This document shows positions 36,801-48,800 of a DNA stretch of 64,000 nucleotides, in pieces. Position numbers and translations under genes: made by a program. The stretch covers positions 9,116,001 to 9,180,000 of the forward strand of contig CM075989.1 of the NCBI GenBank assembly GCA_038087875.1, given 5' to 3'. Within the stretch, counting starts at the first letter, position 1. Every line of letters begins with the position of its first letter. The notes beneath the pieces are model-generated. The model was not told where the DNA came from. It ran no database searches and saw nothing but the letters and a program-made list of their open reading frames with translations. This DNA comes from Malacoraja senta. Its lineage: Eukaryota.

Positions 36801-39800
36801 GTTGCCTGGATCTGAGGACTGTAGTTATAGGGGGAGAATGGATTGGCTAGGCTTGTTCTGCTCGGAGCCCAAGAGGCTGACGGGTGCCCGATAAAAGTGT
36901 ACCAGATTACGAGAGGTGTAGATAGGTAGATGGCGAAAGATTTCCTCTCGTGTACGAGGTATTAAAAACAAGAGAACATGTGCAGCACAGTGGCACAAGG
37001 GTAGAATTGCTGCCTTAAACCCCTGTGCCATGGTACGAGTTCATTCCAAGAGCTCTCCCGAGTTTGCCCTGATTCGAACTCGGAGATTTACGGTAATGGC
37101 CGCTCGTCGGTACTCGGGGCTCTCGTGGACATTTTTCAACATGTTGAGAAATCTTCACGAGTCTTCCCGTGCTTACCTGCCGTTAGCGAGTCTTCCCGAG
37201 TACCTGCCGTTAACGTTATGGGCCGCTAAGAGACGTACCCGAGCTCCGACGTACCCGCTACGTTCATTCTCCGTGCTTACCACGAGTTTGATTTTTTTAA
37301 AACTCGGGAGAGCTCTTGGAATGAACTCGTACCGTGGGACAGGGCTATTACAGCGCCACACACCCGGGTTCAATCCTGACTCCGGGTGCAGCATGTATGG
37401 AGTTTGTACGTTCTCCCTTGTGACCTGCGTGGGTTTTCTTCAGGTGTCCCGGTTTCCTCCCACACTCCAAAGACGTACAGGTTTGTAGGTAATTGGCTTG
37501 GTATAGTTGTAGATTGTCCCGAATGTGTGTAAGGTAGTGTTAGTGTGCGGGGATCACTGGTCAGCGTGGACTCGGTTTCTGTCGCCGTGCTAAATCTCTA
37601 AATTAAACTAGTGTTAAGGTAAGAGATAGGAGATTTAAAAGGGATTTTTGGGGAAAATGTTATACACCAAGAATTGTTAAGATCTAGGATGCACTGTCAG
37701 AGCAGCAGTTGGAACCTGAAGCAATCACTACATTTAAGAGACATTTGGGCAGTCATTTGAATAGGTAGGGAGTCCTAATGTGAACAAATGGAAAATGGTT
37801 AGCATGAACATAGTGGGCTGAAGGGCCTGTTTCTGTGCAGTACAACCCTATGACCCTATGATTACTTAACTGGGGTGCATATAGGCCTCCAAATAGTCAG
37901 ATAGAGAAGCAAATATACATTATGTCACAGATATACCACTAAAAGCATGCTGACCGGTTGCATCGTGGCTTGGTTCAGCAACTTGTGCACCCAGGAGCGG
38001 AAAAGACTGCAAAAAGTTGTAAACACCGCCCAGTCCATCATCGGCTCTGACCTCCCTACCATCGAGGGGATCTATCGCAGTCGCTGCCTCAAAAGGTCTG
38101 GCAGCATCATCAAGGACCCACACCATCCTGGCCACACACTCATCTCTCTGCTGCCATCAGGTAGAAGGTACAGGAGCCTGAAATCTGCAACATCCAGGTT
38201 CAGGAATAGCTGCTTCCCCTCAGCCATCAGACTACTAAACTCAACTCAAACAAAAATCTGAACTTTAATAGCCTATTGCACTTTATCTGCTTATTTATGT
38301 GTGTATATATATATCCATTGGTATATGGACACACTGATCTGTTCTGTATTTATTTATGCCTGCAATATTCTGTTGTGCTGAAGCAAAGCAAGAATTTCAT
38401 TGTCTTATCTGGGACACATGACAATAAACACTCTTGAACTCTTGAACTTGAAAAGTGAAAAATAAGTGGGGGATTTAAATCTTCCCAATCTCAAATGGGA
38501 CCACTTCAGTGTGAAATGCTGAGAGGGAGCCAAGCTTTAAATGTGTGCCCAGAAGAGATATTTGAGCCATCACCTTATTCTCGAAGGGGTGATCCTGCAT
38601 CTAATCTTTGGGGAGCGGCTAGAAAAGTGGAAGGAGTGTCAGTGGGAGAACATTTTAGAGGCCAGAATGGACATGAAATCAGGATTTCGATTAGGGGAAG
38701 GCTGATTTCATTTTTGTGATGGGTGCGGTGTACTGCAACCTCTGAAAACTTAAAAACTAGATTTTCAAACTTTAATAAGTTACAAACAGATTTGTACATA
38801 GAACAGCACAGCACAAGAACAGGCCCTTCAGCCCACAATGTCTGTGCTGAACATGATGCCAAGACCTCCTCCTCCAACCTGCACCTCCTCCAACCTCATC
38901 TATCGCATCCGCTGCTCTAGGTGTCAGCTGCTCTACATCGGTGAGAGCAAGCTTAGGCTTGGCGATCGCTTCGCCCAACACCTCCGCTCAGTTCGCAATA
39001 ACCAACCTGATCACCCGGTGGCTCAGCACTTCAACTCCCCCTCCCATTCCGAATCCGACCTTTCTGTCCTGGGCCTCCTCCATGGCCATAGTGAGGACCA
39101 CCGTAAATTGGTGTCACCTCATATTTTGCTTGGGTAGTCTGCACCCCAGCGGTATGAACATTGACTTCTCCAATTTCAGGTAGTCCTTGCTTTCTCCTCC
39201 CCTTCCCAGCTCTCCAACAGCCCACTGGCACCGCCTCTTCCTTTCTTCTTCCCGCCCCCCCACACCCACCATCACAGCAGTCTGAAGAAGGGCTTCGACC
39301 CGAAACGTCGCCTATTTCCTTCGCTCCATAGATGCTGCCTCACCCGCTGAGTTTCTCCAGCATTTTTGTCTACCTTTGATTTTCCAGCATCTGCTGTTCC
39401 TTCTTAAACATGATGCCAAGACTATCACGTATCTACCTGCACATAGCACATGACTGAAGTGCTGCCACCTAGTGAGGAAAGGAGGGAGTGCACTGGGCTA
39501 CACGTGAGGTTGAAACAATGTGGTTTCAAGACCCCCCCTCCCCCCCCTCCCCCCCCCCCCCCTCACCTCCCCAGCATACTACTGGCGAATGTGCAGTCTA
39601 TAGAAAACAAGCTGGCTGAACGTAAAGCCAGACTGACCTGCCTTCAGGGAAGTGAGAGGCAGCTGTGTGCTGTGTTTCACAGAAATATGCCACACCCCTG
39701 AAATATATGACTCTGGTGTTCAGCCTTTCACTGGAAAGCATTTTATCAGGATGCATCACAGCATGCTTTGGGAACAACTCCATCCAAGACCACACGAAAT

Positions 39801-42800
39801 TGCAGAGAATTGTGGACACAGCCCAGACTATCACGCAAACCTACCCCCCTTCCATTGACTCCTTCTTCCATTGGCTTCACGCTACCTGGGCAAGGCCACC
39901 AACATAATCAAGGACCAGTCTCATCCCACTCCCATCAAGCAGGAGGTACAGAAATGTGAAAACGCACACCTCCAGATTCAGGGACAGGTTCCTCCCAGCT
40001 GTTATCAGACAACTGAACCATCCTATCACCAACTAGAGAGTGGTCCTGAGCTACAATTTACCTCATTGGAGACCCTCAACATTGGATGTTTCGGGCTTTA
40101 TCTTGCACTAAACGTTATTTCCTTTATCCTGTATCTCTACACCGTGGACAACTTGATTGTAATCATGTATTGTCTTGCTGCAGACTGGATTGCATGCAAC
40201 AAAAAGCAGAATTAGGCCATTTAGCCCATTGAGTCTGCTCTACCATTCAATCAGGGCTGCTCTCTCCTTCCCTCTCAACCCCATTCTCCTGCCTTCTCCT
40301 TGTAAACTACAAAATATGTAACACCCTTTCTATTCAGGACCCTATCAATCTCCGGTTTACAAAATACCCAATAACTTGGCCTCCACCACTGTCTGTGGCA
40401 ATGGATTCCACAGATTCACCACCCTCTAGCTAAAAAATGTCCTCCTCATCTCCATTCTAAAGGTACGTCCTTTTATTCTGAGTGCCCTCTGGTCCTAGTC
40501 TTTCCCACTACTGGAAACATCCTCTCCACATCCACTCTATCCAGGCCTTTTATTATTTGGTAGATTTCACGATTTCCTTCATTAAAATGAGGAAAATCCC
40601 AAAGCATTTCATAATTATATTCGGGGCAAGAAGGAACCACATCAAGTGGTTAACAAGAGAAAGAGGAGGGTCAGTTAAGGACCAGAGTGTCTTTCTGTGG
40701 AGTCAAAGGACATAAGGCTGTTCTTAAATAAATACTTCCTATCAAATAGACGTTTTGGATCGGAACCCTACTCTGGGCTGAAAATGGAGGTTAGGGGGGG
40801 GGGGGAGTCACCTGTTGCCAATCCTGACGTTCTGGTCTTTTCTCGTCTCCAGTTTATTTCTCCCCCCCCCCCCCCCCCCCCCTTCAACTATCAATCTATT
40901 ATTTTTCTCCAGAGATGCTGCCTGACCCACTGAGTTACACCAGCATTTTGTGTCTATCTTCAGTATAAACCAGCATCTGCAGTTCCTCACTGCACACTTC
41001 CTATCTGTTGTTCAATAACGATGTGTTTCACCGTGGAGAACAACAACATAATTGAAAGGAACAAGTTGAAATTCTAGAACAAATTATCTGAGAAGAGGAG
41101 GAGGAATTAGATGTCTTAGTGGGCTTAAAGGTGGATAAATCCCCAGGGCCTTTGAGATGTATCGCAGCCTGCTGAGGGAGGAGATTGCTGAGGAACTGAC
41201 AGAACCCTTCAAATCCTTGGCCCCAGTAGAGGTGCCAGATGACTGGTGGACAACAAATGTGTGAGGTAATTGCAGGGAAAAATTCTTGTCCCTCTCTCGT
41301 TACAGGACGAAGCGGACGTGAGAATTGACTGCAACGTTTTGGAAAAATGGAACAACAGCAAAGTTTGCACCGTGGCTTACCCAGTGTTCCGCTCCCAATC
41401 CAAGGTAGGAGGCTTTGTTCTTGTCTTCATCCCCTGGCTTGGGTGACGTGGGTCTTCGATGATACCACCTGCCTTCTCGAGCCTACGCTTCCTGTAGGTC
41501 CTGTCGATGGTGGAGAGTTCAATACCCATCCAAGCCATGAAATGCTTTGTTGAAATGTAGCCACCATTATATCGGGAACACAGATCCCACTAACGAGAAC
41601 ATGACGATGACCAATTAGGTTTTTTATAGTATCGTGAAAGGAAGGATAAGTTTTGCCCCGGACATCAGTGAAACAGCCCCTGGGGCCTTCCAATAGAGGC
41701 CATGGGTTCATTTACATCCATCTGAAAGAGAAGACAGAGCCACGGTTTAGCATCTCACCTGGAGGATAAAATGACACCAGTATAGTTTAGAGATACAGCA
41801 CGGAAATAGGCTCTTCGGCCCACCAAGTCCACACCAACTAGCAACCATCCACACACTAGTTCTATCCTGCACACTAGAGACAATTTACAGAAGCCATTTA
41901 ACCTACAAACGAACTCGCAGAGTGGGACTTGGAATTTTTTGACTATTAATGAAGGACCAAGATCAATGAGAACTGTTGGTCCATCTGTGGAATTCTCTGC
42001 CACAGAAGGTAGTTGAGGCCAGTTTATTGGCTATATTTAAGAGGGAGTTAGATGTGGCCCTTGTGGCTAGAGGGATCAGGGGGTATGGAGAAAGGCAGGT
42101 ACAGGATACTGAGTTGGATGATCAGCCATGATCATATTGAATGGCAGTGCAGGCTCGAAGGGCGGAATGGCCTACTCCTGCACCTATTTTCTATGTTTCT
42201 ATGGTCCTAATCTGATGCTGGAGGCAAGGCCAGGATAATTGGCCTAGAGAAGCTGGAGATGAGCCACTTCCATGACCACTGCAGTCATTCTGTTGAAGGA
42301 GGCAATTGGGAGGGAGTGCCTGGATTTACACCCATTAACAATGAAGCAGTGACAATATAAATGGTGTGTGAATGGTGAGCGGCTAGTTTCACTTGGTGGT
42401 ATAGTCTACGAGTTTGCTCGGTGCAGTTGCAGTAGGTGTGGTGTGTAACAGTGTGGACGGTATACCCTGCGGCTGCTGTGACCAGTGGTGTAGGGTGGTA
42501 GATGAGGGTCAGTCAGGCAGGCTGCCTTGTTCTGACAGGTGTCTCCATTACACCTGGCTAATGGGCAGGACCTGGAGGACATTCCTTCAGTAGAATTCGA
42601 AAGTTCTCAAAATGGGCGGCACGGTGCTGCTGCGGCAGAGTAAGGCAGAGACCTGGGTTCGATACTGACTGTGGCTGCTGTCTGTACGGAGTTTGTACAT
42701 TCCTCCGTAAAGACAGCTCCGGGAGCTCCAGTTCCCTCCCACACTCCAAAGACGTACACATTTGTAGGTTAATTGGCCTCAGTAAAGATTGTCAATTGTC

Positions 42801-45800
42801 CCTAGTGTGTAGGATAGTGTTAGTGTACCGGGATCACTGGTCAGCGTGGACTTGGTAGGCCAAAGGGCCTGCTTTCGCGCTGTATCTTTAAACTAAACTA
42901 AACTAAACATGGGGTTAACAGCAAGCTTGTCATGTTTAAGTTAAGTGCCAGGTTTATTCTTCTGCTTGTTCTATTATTGCTTATATCATAATTGAACGGG
43001 TTGTTAGATCATTTTGGAGGGCAGTTTAGAGATGACACCACTGTGGGTCTGGAGTCAGCAACAGGCCACACTGGGTGAGATTAGTGGTAAACACCTTCCT
43101 TCTTCACTGGAGACCATGAGGGAACTTGACGGGCTTTCCACCACTATCCAGCTGTCGTGGCAACCGATTATTTAATTTCCCAGCTCAACAGTGAGACTTT
43201 ATGAGGATGTTGCCAGGACTAGAGGGTCTGAAATACAGGGAGAGGTTGAGTAGGCTGGGACTCTATTCTTTGGAGTGCAGGAGGATGAGGGGTGATCGTA
43301 TAGAGATTTAATAGGAATTTGAGGGGTAACCTTTTCACACAACAGGTGGTGGGTGTATGGAACAAGCTGCCAAAGGAGGTAGTTTAGGCAGGGACTATCC
43401 CAACGTTTAAGAAACAGTTAGACAGTTACATGGATTGGACAGGTTTGGAGGGATGTGGGTCAAACGCGGGCAGGTGGGATTAGTTGGCCGGTGTGGGCGA
43501 GTTGGGCCGAAAGGCCTGTTCCCACGCTGTATCACTCTATGACTATGACTTCAACTCTTGTCACTAAATTGTTAACCTGAGATGCTGGCACCAACGTCCA
43601 CTGAGTGAGTCTAAAGGATCACAGCCTGAATGGTGAAAAGGAACAGGAATGCCTGGGAGGGATATAAATTGATTTAGTGCTGATCACAAATGTGAAGTCA
43701 ACCTCCCTACGATGACTGGGGTTCTCGGCACACAGGGAGTTACCAGAACTTTCCATTATTGTTGGTTTGGGGCGACTGAGGAATGACAAAAGTCTGCGGC
43801 ACAAACAGAATCCTGTCTCTGGATTGAATTTCAAGTGATCAGAGCTGAAGAATGTAAGTGCGTGGCAACGGGAGCTTTAACGAGTGCCAGAGAGCAGATA
43901 AGTCAGCAAGTGGAAGCCGTGGCGACAACAGGCAGCCCCAGCTCCTGCACTGCACAAGCTTCATCTCAGCTGCTGACGCGGCCCCTTTCTGCCCTTTCAA
44001 GTCCATAATTCAACCAATCTTTCCAAAAAAAAAACAAAAAAAAATTAAATTACATCTGGAAACTCTGGTGAGGGAAGTTTTATGACCCTGTGAGAGGGAT
44101 GTAGAGAGGTTGGACAAACATAGAAACATAGAAAATAGGTGCAGGAGGAGGCCATTCGGCCCTTTGAGCCAGCACCGCCATTCATTGTGATCATGGCTGA
44201 TAGAAACATAGAAAATAGGTGCAGGAGTAGGCCATTCGAGCCTGCACCGCCATTCAATATGATCATGGCTGATCATACAGAACCAGTCCCCCCAATCCTG
44301 CCTTCTCCCCATATCCCTTGATCCCAACAGTGTTAGTGTTAGCTGGGACGTGGCCTCAATGTTGTGCCAGCGCGCTGTGTCTGTACCCAATTGGTCGGTG
44401 GCAGGACTGGTACATTGCGACTGGTCACCTCTGCGTTTGCTGGCTGATGTGCCTTTCTGATCTCTGCAGGTGGCCTTTCGCCTGGAGTTTGAGTTCGGCC
44501 GTTCCGTTTTCCTGGACAATGTAGAGCTGACCCTGACTGCCAGCAGGTGACGTATGCTTGAGAAATGTGTTCAGTTTAAACCTGCATGAAATGCACGGTT
44601 AGATGAACATAGAACAGCGCAGCACAGGAACTATGTTTGAGCCAAACTCAATGCCAAGTTAAACTGATCTCACTGCCTGCACATGATCCATATCCCTCTA
44701 TTCTCCGCACCTCTATCTGCCTGTCTGAAAGCCTCTTAAATGCCATCTATCGTTTAGAAAGTTTAAACGTACATGAAATGTATGAACTGAATCCAGTTTA
44801 AACCTGTATGAAATGTATGGTGAAAGCTTTTCACTGTACCTCGGTACACGTGACAATAAACTAAACTGAACTGAACTGCTGAACTGAATTCAGTTTAAAC
44901 CTACGTGAAATGCACGGAGAAATGAGTTTAGCTTGAACCCAGCTGCAATAATGTTTTGAAAACAGCCTCTGCCTTCTGAAAGTGTAAGCTGATAAAAGGC
45001 TTGTGAAGGAAGGAACTGCAGATGCCGGTTTAAACCGCAGATAGACACAAAAAGCTGGAGTAAGTCAGCGGGACAGGCAGCTTGCCAGCTGTCTGATGTT
45101 AGGGTGAGGAATGGTGGTGTATCTACATGCAGCTTACTCCGTCTGGTTTTGTCACTAGCGCTCCCAGTCACACACGCAGTGCCATTGGGCATTTTGGGAG
45201 ACCCACAGCCTTCACCCCCATCTTTTGGTTCCCTGACTCTCAGCACGCAAATCCCCTGGCCCTTAGAACTCTGTTCTTGGCCCACTGACTGTGGCTGAGT
45301 TCACCGCACTTTTGCCTCTGTGACGCGAGGTGAGGGATTGACCCCTACTCCACTGTAGTATTGCAAGAGTGTTGCTGCGTTGGTGGTGTCTTGGGGAATT
45401 GTTAAACAAAGGTGCTGTCTACATTCTCATATATTCCACAATGAGGGCCCTTTGCCAGAGCCGCTGCCTCACAGCGCCAGAGACCCGGGTTTGATCCTGA
45501 ACGCGGGTGCTGTCTGTGTGGAGTTTGCACGTTCTCCCTGTGACCATGTGGGTTTCCTCCAGGTGCTGCGGTTTCCTCCCACATCCCAAAGACATGCGGG
45601 TTTGTAGATTAATTGGCTTCTGTAAATTGCTGCTATTGTGTAGGGAGTGGGTGCAAAAGTGGGATAACATAGAACTAGTGCAAACGGGTGATCGATGGTC
45701 GGCATGGACTCAGTGGGTCGAAGGGCCTGTTTCCATGCTGTATCTGTCTGCTATATTTGATCTGTTTGGATAGCATGCAAAACAAAGATTTTCACTGTAC

Positions 45801-48800
45801 CTCGGTGCATGTGACAATATAGAACCTAAACATACACCTGCCACTTCTAAATCTGCCACTTCTAAGGTTGCTTCATAGGCTTTGGAGTGTCGTAAATGTC
45901 CCAAGTCTTTGAAAGGTGCTATAGAAATGCATTCTGGCTGGTGAACGATAGACTAGGAGTATTGTGTAGGAAGGAACTGCAGATGCTGGTTTAAATCGAA
46001 GATAGACACAAAATGCTGAAGTAACTCAGCGGGACAGGCAGCATCTCTGGAGAGAAGGAATGGGTGATGTTTTGGGTCGAGACCCTTCTTCAGACTATGA
46101 GTATGAGTCATACTCATAGACTCACGAGTCATACACTGTGGAAACATGCCCATCATCTCTGTCCTCTCAGAAAGGCAAGATGGGCAAAGGGTATAGAAAA
46201 TAGGTGCAGGAGTAGGCCATTCAGCCCTTCGAGCCAGCAGCACCATTCAATATGATCATGGCTGATCATCCAAATTTAGTACCATGTGGGTGGGGTTGTA
46301 AGAAGATATCTTTCCTTACACAGTGATCTGGAACTCACTGCCCAGAGCAGCAATGTAAAGAGAATGCACCAGAGTTTTTGGATACACACTTAGCGGGTTC
46401 ACAGGGATGCACAAATGGAAAGGAACCAATGAAATTGCTCTGCAGTGAACCATCTCAGATTTGATGGGCTGAATGGCCTCCTCCTATGCTGTGACAATGT
46501 TGTGACTGGTTGGGAAGGAGATGAGTCCAACCTTGTGTTCTGTCTGTGGAAAAGACCCATGGACTACGGCAAGAGATTGGAAGTGCATGTTGTGCTGCCT
46601 CCACGGAGATATGGTTGCAATTGGTGCCGTTCTTTGGCGAACTGGTGCACCACGTAACACGTTGCCAAGAGTAGTGTTTGCACAAGGACTGGGCTGTGAC
46701 CAGGTACTATCAACAGCACTGTAGTCAAAGGAAACCCAAGGCCCAGACCAGTGAGTTATTTTGAAGTTTGAAGAAGGGTCTCGTCCCGAAACATCACCCA
46801 TTCCTTCTCTCCAAACATGCTGCCTGTCCCGCTGAGTTACTCCAGCATTTTGTGTCTATCTTTGAGTTATTTTGAAGGCCTAGCAAAGGCCATCTGCACC
46901 CCCTACCTCATCCCGAGCAATGTCTACACATCCATCGCCTGCCAACAGACATTCCAGCCAAAGGGAACATGGGAGCTGTGGTTCCGACAGCATCCTCTCC
47001 TCCAGCTTTCTTTCTCTCCCCACCCCACCTGCAATCAGTCTGAAGAGCGGTCCCAACCCGAAACATCACCTATCCACGTTCTCTAGAGATGCTGCCTGAC
47101 CCGCTGAGTTACTCCAGCACTTTGTGTCCTTTTGTATAAACCAGCATCTGCAGTTCCTTGTTTCTAGCTATGGTGATTTGAGAAGGACGTTCTGCCCATC
47201 GGGTGTGTGCCAGCCCTTAGAGCCATCCAATCAATCCCATTCGCCCACTTACTTCAGTGATTCAATTAGTCACGTTTGTAGCTGCACGGTGAAATTCTTT
47301 TTGCTTATATTACACTTGCTGGCGCCACCATTGTTGGTGCCATTATTTAAAGTCCAAAGTCCGGTCGGCCCACGCGCTCGATGTACTGGAGCACTTCCCG
47401 CGAACCGACGTCCATCTCCTCTCCTCACCCAGCCATCTCCGTGTCCCGGGTACCGCCTCCTGCAGCCGACCTTGAAGGCGCTGGAGGCATTACCCCAGTT
47501 CACCTTCCTACCGGTCCACTCCTAGTGCCCGACGTCTCCACCTCCACCTCCCTCCCTGTTGCTCCGTCCGATGAGCCAAGCAACCTATTACCAGGCCGAG
47601 AGCTGCCCATTGCCACGTCAATAGACGGGGTCATTTAGATTGCCCAGTAAACCAGCGCCGTGTGTCTATGGGATGTGGGAGGAGACTGGAGCATCCGGGG
47701 TAAGCCAGTACAAACTGTGTACAGAGAGTAGCAGGGGTCAGGATCAAAGCTGGGTTAGTGTCAACCTGACACTAGTCTCGACTTGAGCCTGAGGCAATTG
47801 CACTGCCCCCGCACTGCTACTGAGATGTAGAGTTGTTATCAACGGCAGAGTTGCAGAAAGACGGCAGGGAGCAGCTCAACACATGACATCAGTGCTGGCA
47901 AGTACTGCAAATTGTCTAATGGAGAGATAAGACCGAGTTCCGTGAACTAGTGTTGAGTTTCATTTGGAAGGTTGCCCGTGGTTACCTAACGTACACTCTC
48001 CTTATTTCTCTCGTTCAGTGATAGTGAAGAAGCGGAGGAAACTCTCCAGGACAACGTCTACCATCTCTACGTTCCTGTGCGATATCAAGCAGATCTCCTC
48101 CTCACTAGGTACGTGTTGCCATCTCTCTCCGTGATCTCTCTTCATTCTGAACCCTAGGTGTAGATATCACCAACCATTTGTCTTGGTCCATTCACATTGA
48201 TGCTCCATCCAAGATGCACGCCAACGCCTATACCTCCTCAGAAAAATAATGGAAATTCAGCATGACTCTTACCAATCGCTACAGATGCACCAAGGAAAGT
48301 ATCCTAACCTGATGTGTCGCAGCTTGGTGCGGCAACTGCTCAACCCAAGACTGCTAGAAATTGCAGAGAGTTGTGAATGTATCCCAGTCCATATAGCAAA
48401 GCAACCCACCGCACCGCTCTGCCCTTCCCATCATCTCCATCTCTAGATCACACTGTCTCGAAAAGCAGCCAACATAGTCAATGACCACTCACATCCTGGT
48501 CATTCTCTTTCCTACCCACTCCCATCGAGAAGATGATACAAAGGCTTGAAAGCACATGCCACCAGATTCAAGAACACTTTTCCCCCCCACTGTTATCAGA
48601 CTCTTGGACAGACCTCTCAAATGCTAAGGATGAATTTCCAATCTTCCAATCTACATCGTAATGGCCATTGCACTTTTTTAATCTGCACTTTCTCTGTGGC
48701 TGCAACACTATATTCTGCACTCTGTTTATTTTTTTCTTTTGCATGACCTGATATACTCATGTATGGTCAAGTCAACTTTATTTGTCACATACACTATACA

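Noticed and set aside
44572..44918. Four copies of CAGTTTAAACCTRYRTGAAATGYAYGG separated by different sequences
   Set aside because: Spacing is irregular (about 10-160 bp) and the long spacers are LINE tails; this is a degenerate tandem repeat broken by insertions, not a CRISPR array
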